Positions 50,145 through 63,912 of a stretch of 64,000 bases of DNA are shown piece after piece (position 1 is the first letter of the stretch; each line of letters starts with the position of its first letter). The notes below the pieces were generated by a model. It was given only the letters and a program-made list of their open reading frames with translations, was not told the origin of the DNA and ran no database searches. The DNA comes from Somniosus microcephalus (lineage: Eukaryota): positions 69,936,001 through 70,000,000 of the forward strand of contig CM126223.1 of the NCBI GenBank assembly GCA_052327205.1, written 5' to 3'. A program made the position numbers and the translations under genes.

Positions 50145-50834
50145 GGCCTAGAAATTGGGTGGGCTGCACCACCAGTTAGCACCTAAAGAGGGCACTCAGT
50201 GGCTTTAGCGCCACTGGCCACGCCTCCCGCGATATTTAGCTGGGGCGCTAATGGCGGAGTTAACCTGTTGCGCTGCGCCGCCTCCGATGACGTCATCGGT
50301 GTGCGCAGCACCCCGCTACCGCCCTGATCGCGATATTTGGCAGCGACCGCCTCTGTAGCGCCGTTCGCAAATGGCGCCTGGTTCACGGGGCCTTCCTGTG
50401 GCGGCAGTGGCGCAAATTAAGGTGGAGGTGCGGGGCGGCCGTTTTTTTTCGGCGGCCGCTTGGCAGCACCTCCGTCCCCGGCCTCCTGATCGCCCCCCAG
50501 GCAGTGCCGGCTGTTTTCCGAGAGCCTGGCACTTCTCCTCGGTGCCGGGCTCTTTTGCCGGCACTCGCGATCTCTGATCGCGCTGGTGCAGGCCCCTCCC
50601 CTTTAAGAATGGGAGGAAGGCCTGCAGTACCGCAGCGCGCCGTGCCGCAGCGCGCTGCGATATTCAGTTTCAGCGCCCTAAGAGGGACGCGGAGCGCCTC
50701 GAGCCTCGCCCCGTGTCCCTCTTGGGGCGCTCAAGCTGAATTTCCGGCGGTCGCTACTGCTCCAAATGCTGCGCTAAATCTGGCGCCCAGGCGAGCTTGG
50801 TGCCCCGTTTGCGGCTCCACCCACTTTCTCCCCC
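50145..50834. mobile_element. GC/CpG-rich Harbinger-type MITE with TAA TSD
   Basis: TAA-GGCCTAGAAATTGGGTGG...CCACCCACTTTCTCCCCC-TAA; 3-bp TAA duplication is typical of PIF/Harbinger. Confidence 0.75.
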
Positions 50835-51412
50835 TAAGTCTATTATAAATATATTGATGTGTCAATTTACCAATAAACACAATTCACCAATAAACAAATA
50901 CAAGATTTTACAAAAATTGCAGTAAATATTACTTCAGCCATATATCACTAATTAACCAACCAAACTGATTTTGTTGTTGCTATGAACCCTATAAAAGTAG
51001 CCGTCACACTGCCACTCTTAGTCCCGTGACCGCTAGTTTTTATATTATATCAATGCTTTCTATCTGGAACTTGCCCTTTACTCATCACCTCTTCAGAGTT
51101 GGAATCTTTTGCACTTTCATCACGATCAGACAAAAAGACAATTACACTACGTCAATTTTCTCAACAAAGTGCCAAGGATGCATCAGGTGAAACTGGGCTT
51201 TTGACTGGATGCAAAAGAAAGCTTTAAAATGATTCCATCAAAAAAGGGTCTGTTCAAATCTGATTTGACCAGATCATAAAAAAAGACAGGCACCCCGTTG
51301 GTGCACCAGAGGGTTGTTCATCAGTAATTCAAATTTAGTTATATTACAGCTGAGATAGTTAAAAAAAAGTCCAGCTTAGCTGATTACTAAATTAATGAAA
51401 GCGATTCCTCAC

Positions 51413-51489
51413 CTGTTTTCTCCACCAATAGCCACAACATGAGGCTTCTTACTCAGCAGAAATTTTTTCAAAGTTTCAATATCATGTGC
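51413..51489 (-). CDS. SUPT6H: SUPT6H exon ([25 protein letters not shown])
   Basis: AG/GT boundaries, 77 nt. Confidence 0.93.
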
Positions 51490-51649
51490 CTGTGGACAGA
51501 AAAGGTACAGCATTGAGGTGCTGAAATCCAATTCAATTTACTTCTCTTCACCTCTTTCTATTTTCTTGCATTTATGCCGACTATTACCCTTGACAACAAT
51601 GGGAGCAGAAATGTTGACAGTCTGATAAATGTCAAATTTTAAAACCAAA

Positions 51650-51905
51650 GAGAAAATGCAAAATATAAACAGAAAACAATGGCAATGCACAGACCAGACA
51701 GCACCTGTAAAGAGAGGGTAGGTTATAGCATTTCAAATGTGTACCCTTTATTAGAGCTGACAGATAAAAGATTAACAATTTTTTATTCTCCAGTTCTGCT
51801 GACGGGTACACACGACAAAATAATAATCCGTCTTTTCTCTTTACAGATGCTGACTGATCTGTGCATTTTCCATTTTTATTTCTGATTTACAGCATTTTCT
51901 TTTTA
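51650..51905. repeat. Old degraded Penelope-derived inverted repeat
   Basis: AAACAGAAAA...GCACAGACCAGACAGCACCTGTAAAGAGA...TCTCTTTACAGATGCTGACTGATCTGTGC; same architecture as 33915-34122. Confidence 0.55.
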
Positions 51906-52362
51906 TTTGTATTGTAGAATTGCAAAATAATTTGACTTGATGGGAATAGTGACTAAGTGACACAGTAATAGTGAATAAGCATTTGACCAAGAAAATAATT
52001 ACATGCAGTCACTAAAGCCCATTGTATGCCACAATTAACTAGAGCCCACTGCACGACATAACTAGAATAATCAATTTTGTTCCAGGTGCTTTACAGGAAA
52101 GCGTACACAAGCATTGCATTGGGACAAAACAGCTGGAACAAAACTGATTTTCTCATGTCAAATCAAATTGTAACCTTTAATTACATAGCAACAGTTTCAA
52201 GCACAAGACCGTTAGTCCATCTATCCCACCTATCTATAGTATTCCCGTGGCACATTGCTAATAACCCCTGTCCACTAAAACCCCCAAGATCTTGCTCCTG
52301 TATCTCAAGTACCTCCCTATTTAGCACATAATTCACATCAACCTTACCTCTGCCAAATCACA

Positions 52363-53620
52363 TTACCTTCCATTCCCTTTATTAAATCGAGTCTGCCATT
52401 TCTCTGCCCACTGATTGAGCTTGTCAACATCTTTTTGAATTTGTGCATGATGACATTCATCATTTGCTACTGCTCCCAATTTGGTACCATCTGCAAATCT
52501 GGACACAATTCCTTCCTCTAAATCATTTATGAAAATGATAAACAACGGCCCCAGCATGAAACCCTGCGGCACTCCACTGGTAACTCTCTACCAACCCGAT
52601 ACCTACCCTTGCACGACTACTCGTCCACTAACCAACCATTTGAATCCATTCCCATCGATCATATGAGCTTGGGCCTTATGTAGTAGCCTATGAGGGACAG
52701 TGTCAAATGTCTTCCTGAAATCGAGGTAGATTACATCCACTGTCTCTCTCCATCGACTGGGTTTGTCAGCTCTTCACAGAAATCCAATAAATTAGTCAAA
52801 TTTAACCCCCCACCCACCCCTCCAAAAACTATGCTTGGATTAGCTCATACTCCTCAAAATGCTCCTTTATGTTATCTCTCATAATACTTTCAAACACTTT
52901 TCTAACAGTGGAAGTAAGGCTTGCAGGTCTAGAATTTGATGGTTCGTACCACGCCCTTTTTGAGATGGGAGTCACATTTGCTATTTCCTAGTCCTCTGGG
53001 ATTTGGCTCGAGTCCAGTGAGCTCTCTCCACTTGAGGACTTGCAATCGTTTGAACCAATTCCTTCAGAACCTGGGGATAAAAGTCGTCAGAGCCAGGCGC
53101 CTTATCTACCTGGAGCTTTAACTATCTCCCCAATATGTCCTTCCTTGTGATTTAAAAATGTTTTAGTCTACATTCACCTTTAAATTGCACCCCCCTTACT
53201 CTGGCATTTCTCCACCTCCCCCCACCCCACCCACCATTTCTTTTGTGAACACTGTTGATAAATAATGGTTAAGCACTTCACCAATTTCTCTATCGGCAGA
53301 CACCACTTGCCCATTGTCAATTTTAGTGGGCAACCCCTCCTTGCACCCTTTGTTTACCCCGGACATAATTGAAGAATGCTTTACTGTGCTGCTTTGTTTC
53401 CATCTATGTTTTCCTCGTAATCCCTTTGGAGCCCTCATCAATTTCTTAGAATTACTCAGCCTACCTTTATAAATCTCACCGTTTTCTTCCTTGTCTGAAC
53501 ATTTAAAAATTGGTTGCTTTCTCTCTCTCTCTCTCTCCATAATACAGCTCAGAATTTTGTTAGTAAGCCAAACTGGTCTTACTCTTATATTCTGTCCCTA
53601 CCTAAAGAGGTAAGATTCCT
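52363..53620 (-). mobile_element. Old CR1 ORF2 (RT) fragment
   Basis: PQGFMLGPLFIIFINDL...FADGTKL RT motifs and IGEVLNHYLSTVFTKE linker. Confidence 0.8.
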
Positions 53621-53984
53621 TTTGCATCTTAAACAATTGGTGTTAAGCTTTAACCGTCCAACATGATTTCAAGTATTTTTACAGTTGGCTGTATGATTCG
53701 GATCATCAGCGAGGGCTGAAAATGCTTCTGCTATAAAGAACCATCACCTCAGTGGGTTGCTGAACATCAAAGTAGGGCACAGAAGAAAAATTCTAGGAGC
53801 ACAATTGCTCTAAGAGCACATCCACAGTAGCTATTGTTTCTAGATATTATAGTCACTTTGAGAGATTATTTTAATGGAGATTATGGGTTCCAGTATTGCT
53901 GCTCAAACCAAGTGCATTTAAGGAAGTGCACTTCAGAGCCAGCTGGTCTTGCCTCTAATCTTAATTTAAATATTTTACCTTTGT

Positions 53985-54600
53985 GACTGTGACACAGGTA
54001 AACTATCCCTCCTCGTCCTTCTTGACTTGTCTGCAGCCTCTGACACGGTTGACCACTCCATCCTTCTCCAACGCCTCTCCACCTTCGTCCAGCTGGGTGG
54101 GACTGCACTCGCCTGGTTCCATTCTTATCTATCTAATCGTAGCCAGAGAATTACCTGCAATGGCTTCGCTTCCCGCTCCCGCATCGTTACCTCTGGTGTC
54201 CCCCAAGGATCTATCCTTGGCCCCCTCCTATTTCTCATCTGCATGTTGCCCGCTGGCGACATCTTCCGAAAACACAGCATCAGTTTCCACACGTACGCTG
54301 ATGATACCCAGTTCAGTACCTCACTACCACTTCTCTCGACCCCTCCACGGTCTCTAAATTGTCAGACTGCTTGTCCGACATCCAATTCTGGACGAGCAGA
54401 AATTTTCTCCAATTAAATATTGGGAAGACCGAAGCCAGATTGTTTTCGGTCCCCGCCACAAACTCCGTTCCCTAGCCACTGACTCCATCCCTCTCCCTAA
54501 CATCCGTCTGAGGCTGAACCACACTGTTCGCAACCTTGGTGTCATATTTGACCCTCAAATGAGCGTGTGGCCACGCTGTCTGTTGCCTAAGCCCCAAGCT
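53985..54600 (+). mobile_element. L2-clade LINE RT fragment
   Basis: LDLSAASDTVDHSILLQRL...GVPQGSILGPLLF...YADDTQ, with frameshifts. Confidence 0.85.
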
Positions 54601-54832
54601 GAGGAATTCCCTTCCTAAACCCCTGCGTATCCATTTCCTTGTTTAAGGCACTCCATACACCCTACCTCGTGTGCAGTGCCTTGGGACGTCATACTACTGT
54701 AACACACACACACACCCACACGAACACAACACACCAAAGTCAGTGCAGACTTGCGCATGACCACTCCAATCTGTGCATCAACACACCAGAAGTGGTGCAT
54801 AAAATATTTTAACAGTCAAAAACAGACATTAC

Positions 54833-54950
54833 CTTTCTCTCTCTTTCTTCCTCTCGCCAAGCATTCCTTCGCTTCAAGAAATATGGCAAACGAAGGAAAT
54901 CTGTCACTTCACCCTCTCCATTAACAAGAGAACAGAAGACCGGTGTATCC
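54833..54950 (-). CDS. SUPT6H: SUPT6H exon ([38 protein letters not shown])
   Basis: AG/GT boundaries, 118 nt. Confidence 0.94.
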
Positions 54951-55972
54951 CTAGCAAAAAGGGAACATTACATGAAACATTACTAAATAGTATTTTTGAT
55001 GAAGCTACCACAGCTTTAATACACCAGTAATTTATTAAACTGAAGATTTATTGTAAAACCAAAAAAATCCACGAATTTTAAGTATATCCTCACACAGAAA
55101 CAACTCCAAATTTAACCTCACTATGTAGATTTAAATTATTTATTTTTATTTGAAGTATTTAACAAATTAATCCAAAAGATCATGCAGTGAAGGAGGAAAA
55201 TGGGTCCATTGAAATCCAAGCTGTTAGTGTGTGTGTGCGCGTGCGTGTGTGTGTGCCAGGGGAAAGAAGACACAGAAGAGAAGTGGGCTGGTCATATCAG
55301 TGAGCCAGACCATTCAGTTCACATTATGGGATCGAGAATCAGGAGAGGTTGAGGCCACAGAGGGGGACCGGAACACTTCACACCAGACAAATCTCCGAAC
55401 CTTCACTCGTTGTCTGCACAAGGCAGCTTTGATTAAAGCTGGCTGGAAGTTCTTCAAATAGACACATATAAACTGTCTCTATTGATTTCAGAATTACATT
55501 TTAAAACACTCCATGAATTAGACTGCACAGCTGTTATGTATTTGACTAGCCATTCCATCACTTTGAAGCTGACAAGTAAAACATGCTGTGCGAACACTGC
55601 AGTTTCTCAACTCAAATTACTTTTAGAAAGAGCAGCATTTTTTCAAGACAGACCTACTAACCAATATGGTAGACACACATAATATGCAAGGTCGAAATAT
55701 ATTCTATGACAATTCACAGGAAAAAACCCTTCCCCTCTCCCAAAATACAAGTCTATTCAGTATTTTAAAGCAAGAGTACCCTTTTTCATAGTATACCGAT
55801 TCAATAAACATACTTGAATCTTTTAGCAGACCCTTCACCAAAATACACAAGGTGAAGTACACAATGTGGCAAAGTCCATTTCAAATGGTTGTATCCATGT
55901 TGTGTACCTGTGCTGCATTATACTGTAGCTTATGAACACAAATGGATCAGACTGAAATATTAAAGGAAATGA

Positions 55973-56268
55973 CAGGAAACTTTCGATTAACCGGCCCCTA
56001 AATAACCGGAACGCTCTATCCACCGGCAAAATTCAGGAGTCGGTTCAGGTAACTTTTTTTTTACTTTTAGTTACTTTTTTTTACTCTATTTGTTGCTTTG
56101 CAAGGGTGTAGCTGAAGCTGTTGCTAAGCTAGAGACGCTTGCAACTTGTGCCGATTGTTTTGAAGCTCTGAGCTCCGTATCTTTTACGATAGCGTTCGGT
56201 TATCCGGAATTGTTGATGAACCGGCAACACGTCGGTCCTGTCCGTGCCGGATACCAGAAAGTTTCCTG
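55973..56268 (+). mobile_element. Tigger/pogo-like MITE, family A copy 5
   Basis: CAGGAAACTTTC...GAAAGTTTCCTG-TA; closely similar to copy 1. Confidence 0.85.
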
Positions 56269-56570
56269 TACAGTATTTGGCAAGTTTGCTCAGTTTGTCA
56301 ATAAAATGTGAATTGACTAAGTATATACAGAGTTGTGTTGAGCCACATGGGGTTGTACCACAAGTGCATTAATTCACAACATTATTTTTCTTCTGTGCAC
56401 TGCAGTACTACAACATGGGTAACACCTTTGTTATGAAGCTAAGAAGCGAGAACTCCACAAGGGTTTATTGCACGAAAAGCACAATTGGTGGTTTCCAGGT
56501 TTCTCTTGGCGTAAATGACTGCTCACTGGGACATGTTAAAATGAAAATAAATGTTTCCTTGCACACATAC

Positions 56571-56713
56571 CTTTCCTCTGAAAATGCCAGACCTAGCACT
56601 CGAACACCTTTGCCCTGACTTTCCTCCATAAAGTCATCATCATCTTCTTCATTCTGCTGGTCAGGCCGATATGGTGCGACTTTCAGCCAGTTGTAAAGTT
56701 TGCGGCTACAACA
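56571..56713 (-). CDS. SUPT6H: SUPT6H exon ([47 protein letters not shown])
   Basis: AG/GT boundaries, 143 nt. Confidence 0.94.
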
Positions 56714-57657
56714 CTAATGTTTGCAGAAAATTAGCCCCTTCTAAAAATGACATTACACATTTAAACAAAGACACAAAACCCAGGTCTTCACATGACTATC
56801 AGTTGGTCAACAGATTAAACCCAGCTGAAATCAAACACTTAAATTCATTTATCGGATCTGTTTTTTGGAAGGGGAATAGGTGTGTTTTTATGAACTTTAA
56901 AGAGCACCCACATCAACCATTTCATTTCACACTCCGCTCCTTTTATGCCTCGAATGAGACTAGAATTAATAACAATCTATACTGAAATGTGGGCAGTTTT
57001 GAGTTGTGGGTGCTCACTCTTTTAGGAATAGGTTGATTGTGGCCCAAGCTTATTTTATGCAGAATCGTTTACTTTTTCAGCCCGCTCTCTATTCAAACTC
57101 AAAAAAGGTCCCTAAGGTGAAGGAACAGTGCTTTAACGTCTGTCATCGTCCAGATTCCCTACCCCAAAACATTGAAAAAAAACCCTACTTCCCTTTGGAA
57201 CTCTCTGCTGCTCCTTCCACTCACCATCAGACGCACATACACTTCCAATATCACATCTTAATGCAAGAAAAGGTTACTTTTGGGGTGGCACTTGTGTAGG
57301 TGTCCAAATGATAGTCGGAACAATTAAAAAGCACTCTGGACTTGCCTGACATTTGCAATACTTGACCTATACTAGATCTTTCGCTGCGTCAGCATAAAAG
57401 AAAGGCAAGTAAGATTTAAAGTAATGCATTTTGCAGTTTTTAAGCTAGGTGCGTGTGCACACACTGCTTTTCTGGATTTTGCCCCTCGTCTCCTTTCCTG
57501 CGAATAAAATAATTGAAACATTTAACACGATAAAGGCGATGCCCTTTGAGGTTTAGTGTGCATCACCATTTTGCTTGATGCGGAAATACAAGAGAGAAAA
57601 AATTTTACATGACCAATGTTACAGGGGAAATGCAACCATTACAAAGCCCTAAATATA

Positions 57658-57995
57658 CAGAAAACTCTCGGTTTACCGGCACCCAAACAACCGGAAATCT
57701 CGGTTAACCGACAAAATTCAGGAGTAGGTTCAGTGAAGATTTTCTTCATATTAGTGGCCGTTTCTTGACTCTTGGCTGTGCAATCGGGGGTTCCTGCACT
57801 TGTTGCTAAGCAACAGGGACGCTTGGTCTGTGGTCGGGCTTCTTGCAGCTGTTGCTAAGCAACAGAGAAGCCTGGATTTGTTGCTGTGTATGGAGCTCTT
57901 GTACCTTTTAACTATAACTCTCTGTAATCCGGACTTTTTGATAAACCGGCACCACGCTGGTCCCGTCTGTGCCGGATAAAAAAAAAAGTTTCCTG
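57658..57995 (+). mobile_element. Tigger/pogo-like MITE, family A copy 6 (diverged)
   Basis: TA-CAGAAAACTCTC...AAAGTTTCCTG-TA; shared AAAATTCAGGAGT.GGTTCAG block. Confidence 0.8.
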
Positions 57996-58065
57996 TAGAT
58001 CACGATCCTGTCCTAAACAAAAAGGTCAACACCCAGAGCAGAAACAATAACTTTTCATTAGATAC

Positions 58066-58261
58066 CTTGCAAAGATAGTCCCTCGCCTCAATTAGCAGTT
58101 TGTTTTTCAGCTCCTTGCCCATCTGTGGGTAGAGGAACTGGTTCAGTGCCCGTTCGATTGCCATGCTGCGCTGTCTGTTCCATTCTTGCACTTGGTGGCT
58201 GAATTCATCACGGTAATAAAATTGCTTGATTTCATCAAAATAAGTCTGGTCATTCCCATAA
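58066..58261 (-). CDS. SUPT6H: SUPT6H exon ([31 protein letters not shown]...DYLCK)
   Basis: AG/GT boundaries, 196 nt. Confidence 0.95.
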
Positions 58262-59691
58262 CTAAAATGTAGGAGATGAAACCATAAATCAAACTCATTA
58301 TCTGGTAAGAGATTATACTGCATACCATGAATACCAATGAAAGTTTCTCTGCTTAAGCTTCAATAAGAGGCAATCTGGAGCATATGCGATCATTGGCTAT
58401 CCTCAAAAAATACAGGGAGCCACAAAAATACTTCCAGAATGAGTTTACCAACACTCATGATTGTGCTAACACCCCCAAGAACCACCGAATTTAACGAGGC
58501 ATAATACTGATATGTAAATTAGGTACAGGTGGGTCCCTCAGATACCTTGCCAAAGTGGTCATTCTTTATCTGTTAACCTAGACACAAAGGGCTGGCAGCG
58601 TATTCGTCCTGGCAGCGATCAGCTAACTCAACACGGCCCAGAAATTGAACCTGGCCTGTACTGCTCAATTATAAGTTGCCTTTAACAGTGCAGCCATTAG
58701 GAAACCCACTCCCATCTTTTAGAATTAACCAAGTCATTCTGTAATTGCAATGTTTTACTAATGCTAAGGAGCTTGGGTAATTGGTAGGGATATATTGGCA
58801 TAGAAAATGAGCAAGAGAATCGAGCTGTGTGAAATTACAGGAATTGCAGCACTCCCCTTTTTACCGCAAGGGTTTGGGTTGCTCCCATTTTGGACCTATA
58901 TTTACTGCATACTTGTTAACTTACACAACAATACTAATAGATTTGGTAGAGAGTATGACATTTAAATACAACTACAGCACAAAAATAATGGAAGAAACAT
59001 TGCTACAGGCTTATGGATACTGCAAAAAAAAAATCTACAACCGATTTTACTTTGATTTTGACTTTTGGGAAACCAAAATCCCTTTATAAAACACCCATTC
59101 AATCCTTAACTGAAATTGTATACCATCAATTTTTATTCTGTTACATTGAGAGAAAGATAGTTTAATTTGATTAACATTCCTCTTTCTCTTGTCTGCTGCT
59201 CCCATCAGCTTTTTTGGCCAGGTTGGTTAGTTGAAGTTTTAATCTTCAAAAATTCTGTTAATTCCACTTTGATAGGCTGAAGAGAAATACTGTTCTATGG
59301 TACAGAGCTACGTTTGTGCTCCTAAAGAATACTCTGGTCATCCATTCTTACACCCCTGTTCACTATTTCAGAGGCCCACCTTTCAGTTTTTCTTTGGGGG
59401 GTGGGGGGGGGGGGGGGAAAAGAGGAAGAGCAAATGGACCATGGGCTCTTTATTCTATTATCCAGGAGAATATCTGCCAAGATATGGCATCCTACATCAA
59501 GTCACCCAAACCCTGATTGTATGAAACCAACCTGGACAAGAATTAAGTGTCACAGTGTGCCCATGAGGAGATGTAGCAGAAATCTTTGGAAATATGTTAT
59601 GTAATAAATACCAATTTATATTTGCAAACATCGTTTTCACTGCTCCACTGATGAACCCAGTCTACAGCCATGGGAACTTCAATTTCCTCAC

Positions 59692-59846
59692 CCCTCAACT
59701 CCTTTCATATCAATACAGATGTCAACTGTCAGCAAGCCATCGTCCTCAGCAAGGCACATCTTCAGGAACTGATCATCTCTTAATTCTTTGACTGGCTTGT
59801 TCTTCGCATATTTGAAAGAATAAGCAAAGTGTGCTTCATCAATATC
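59692..59846 (-). CDS. SUPT6H: SUPT6H exon ([39 protein letters not shown]...)
   Basis: AG/GT boundaries, 155 nt. Confidence 0.94.
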
Positions 59847-60562
59847 CTGCAATGACAAAAATAGGCACTGTGTTATAATCTCATGATACTGTAAATTCTC
59901 ATTTATAATATTTGTGCTGTAGACACAAGTTTATTGGGAATATATAAGCATGGCTGCCGAAAATTATTTGACTTAATCTTTATCCCATTTGCCTGATCTA
60001 TATTTAAACACCGATCCCTACAGTACAGGGGTTCTGACATACTACACCTCCAAATCCCCAAAGGAATAATTTTTTAAAACTGTCACCTCTCAGGTTCTAT
60101 ATGATGGCAGTTGATTTGAATCATCATACAGGTACATTTCACATTACAGAAATGCATTTTATACGTCTTAACTACACCATAAATTAGTGTTTAATTGTTA
60201 ACACAGTATCTCAAAAGGAGCGGATAAGCAGCTGAGTGCTTTAATAAGAACCAAGGTGAAGAAGTTTATTTATTTTGTACTTTCCAAAACAGACTACATG
60301 CACATTTTAATTGCAGAAATAAATACTCCTGTTGTTACTGCTTTTATTTTAGGCCAATGCTATTTTAACTCACGATGAGCTAACATGAATGTTATACAGT
60401 TTCAGTGCTGAGCTTAGGGTGTGGGGTAGTCATCACAACAAAAACTTGTTGATTGCATTAGCTTCCTCAATTGGACATGGTGTAAACGGGGACCAAAAAA
60501 AACACCCTGAATTTGCCTCTTGATTTCTAAAAACACATCAATTTTCAGGTTCTGTAGATTAC

Positions 60563-60713
60563 CTTTTTGCCTTTCTTTGTGGGTGTAATATTAATCTTGG
60601 CTCTCTCTTGGAAGGTCTGTCTTACAACTTGCTTGACCAATGGCTCTCGGGCAATCTGCATGGCCACCATGTATCGAGAACCTTCCAGTACAGCCTCAGG
60701 TGATGAAAATTGA
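60563..60713 (-). CDS. SUPT6H: SUPT6H exon ([34 protein letters not shown]...KGKK)
   Basis: AG/GT boundaries, 151 nt. Confidence 0.94.
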
Positions 60714-60901
60714 CTGAAAGATGCATACAGAGGTTATCAGACTGATACACACGGCTAACTTCACATTTGTAACTTCACATTTGTAAAAGTAATGATCAAA
60801 GGTTCACTGTTCTAATTTAGTGAAAACATTCATTTTTTCATGTGAGTTTTGAAATGGCATGTTAAACCCCAAAAAGTGGCTGACATAGCTTCTAAGTGTT
60901 A

Positions 60902-61219
<318 letters not shown>

Positions 61220-62497
61220 TTAGACTACTTGATCTCTCATGGTGTTCAGTAGGAGTCACAATCAAGTGCAGTCTTCAGCTAAAACAGATTTAGAAGCCAG
61301 GAGCAACTGGTCCAGAGTGTGCAGACATACTTCAGCCTCCACTTCAAAGTTATACCATTCTGTCCTTATTAGCTTTCCATTACAAATAATTAGGACCACA
61401 ATGATAGTGGAAACTGCCAATGTAAACTTGTCATGCTGCACCCTGCCGACAGGAGGAGTTACAGCATCACCACCGATAGGAGGGTGCAATTACAGAATGA
61501 CAAGCTTACATTATGAATGTGGACAAAGGAATTTAGAATGATGGGGAAGTGTGTGCAGAGGTAAGATGTTTAATAAATTAATTACAGACTATAGCTGGAT
61601 GTATATTGACTAAATCAAATGTAATAGTCAAATACTTGAGTTTAAATTCTACTCCACTGACTTCAGTGTGCTTAGTAATCATCTGAAGAGCCAGAGTTTA
61701 ACCATAGCATTAATTTACTTTAAAGTCCTACCAGCATTTAGCTGTCCCACATTTTTCACTCATACCAGCAACCATACTGGATACCTTCTACTTTCCCAAC
61801 ATACACCTTTAGTGATATATGGTGAAACTATACAGTGAATCCATAGGTTAGATGAAAAATGGTGCTGGCATTGGTACTGTGGGGTTAAAGCACACTCGTA
61901 GGCCAATGTAAAGAAGCTCTAACACTGCATCAAACTTAGCTTCTAGTGGACTATTGGAGGACTGAAGTATAAAGCTCAATTTCTAACCAAATTCAGCCTA
62001 CATGTATAAATAATAATTATTAAAATTTGCAAGATACAGGATTGATCTTTGTATACATTTAGTGCGATGTGCATGGATCATGTATACTTCACTCATATAA
62101 AAGGATGAATAAACATCAAGGAATTACCACAGCAATGCTGTGACAGTGTCAAAACAGGACTAGCCATAGCATAGCTGCATCCAAAAGATAAATTCTGTTT
62201 TTATTTCATTGCCAGTATCCCTCCCACTAGGGGAAAAGTTGTCCCCCAAGGTTCCTGATAATCTGAGTCACTTAAGTTTGGTTAAAACCAGATTAATCAC
62301 GTTGGAGATTGAGGTGACAATTTAATGTTCACACACAGACTGCACCTAGAAATTGTCAAGGAGGACATTTTTATTTTGTAACCCAAATGTTGCCCACAAA
62401 TGCTATTTTATACTAGGTAGTTTAAAAAGAAAAATGGAATATTATTTTGGCTTGCTATTAAGAAGAGAGCTGAGGAGAATAAGCTCCAACTCTTTAC

Positions 62498-62599
62498 CTA
62501 GGCCAGCAGTCTGGCAGATAGTATACATGTCTCTGCGGGAAGCCTGCTTAAGTTCTGGCCCATGCCGTTCATCATCTTCAACCTCTTCATCCCGCTCTC
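62498..62599 (-). CDS. SUPT6H: SUPT6H exon ([33 protein letters not shown])
   Basis: AG/GT boundaries, 102 nt, phase 1 to 1. Confidence 0.93.
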   Translation of the reverse strand, partial: ESGMKRLKMMNGMGQNLSRLPAETCILSARLLA

Positions 62600-63757
62600 C
62601 TGAAAAAAAGTAGGATGAAAATAGATAGCAATGATCAATCAAATGCAAAAAATGGTGACCCACATCAATACTAAAATTACTGTAAACAGAATAAAATTAT
62701 AGTAGACCTCAGAATGTTATCACTGATGCATTGTATAGTCCAAAAATCAATCTATGCTACGTACATCTACTGACCAACTATTCTTTGGACATGCAGGTAA
62801 ATGGGGGCTTTTGTTTATAAACAGAATGCAACACAAATTCGTGTCAGGATCAGATACTTTTCTACCTTTTAAAATCATCAAAACCCCACACATTTGTCAC
62901 TGCATGCAATTTCATCTTACAAGGGCAGAACTGAACATTTAAAAAGATCAATTTGTCCTCAGCGTAACCAAACAACTCCTGTTTATCTTGGCTTGCAGTT
63001 TATCACCAACTGGCATATAAAATAACTATATCTTTAGGGTTTAAAATGATATACAGCAGCTGAAATATATAAGCAAAGGAATAAACAGGCTAGGAATCTG
63101 GGAACCTGAAACTAGATGTTCATCCAGACTTGTACAACAGGGGTTGGGATCGGTAAACAAGCGGAGATCACGTCTTACTTTAGGTCACAATTTTGATTCC
63201 TTCAGGTTTTCACTATGTAATGAAAGCCCAAGTGCTATTATGGAAAATCCTCAAACAGGAGATTGCTAAGGAGAACATTCACAGAAGGGGAAGGGTAGTA
63301 CTTGCATGCTTTCTATCTAGAACACATTTCATCTCAGAAATACCAACTAGGGTGAGGGAAAAGTGGTCTTATATAAACCTGCCCTATTCGCACCTAGCAC
63401 TGCACTTTATACTTGCATTGTATTGTGCTGGCATCACTATCCAAGAGTAGAAAGGATGAAGTTCCTAGCGTAAATCAGTGTATCTGTGCAGCTGAGTTCT
63501 AGCTCTAGCCTTGATCCCAACAGGCTAAGTAACCACAAGCACTAGTATTAAAATCTTTAAAGCAGATTATTTAAACTAAAACTTTGAGAATGCTTTAAAC
63601 AAAATACTATTCCCCCCCACCCCCCAAATCCCATCTATAGCAACGCTCCTCATTAAATACTGTTCTATGTGTCAAGACCTCAAGAAAATTATTTAATCTT
63701 CTGTAATAGGAAAAGATAGGAACAGCAAATTTTGTGTTAAAATGGAGGTACACTAAC

Positions 63758-63912
63758 CTTCCTCTTCATCCTCTCCACCTTGCTGATTCTTTTTGTATTT
63801 CTTTTTACTTGGTTTTGATGCATTTTGCATTTTTGGAATATCACGACCATAATAGAGCAAGAAGTGATTATAGACATCTCGCAACTCATCAGTCGACTGT
63901 ACGTCCTTCAGT
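63758..63912 (-). CDS. SUPT6H: SUPT6H exon ([28 protein letters not shown]...EDEEE)
   Basis: AG/GT boundaries, 155 nt, phase 2 to 1. Confidence 0.92.

Noticed and set aside
51790-51830. Hammerhead ribozyme in the old Penelope-type repeat
   Set aside because: Core is degenerate (CTGCTGA instead of CTGANGA, no intact GAAA); unlikely to be active.
59396-59418. G-run as a functional G-quadruplex
   Set aside because: G/C homopolymers are scattered throughout the window and are error-prone; nothing singles this one out.
60756-60786. 14-bp tandem duplication TAACTTCACATTTG
   Set aside because: Ordinary slippage in an intron; splice sites unaffected.
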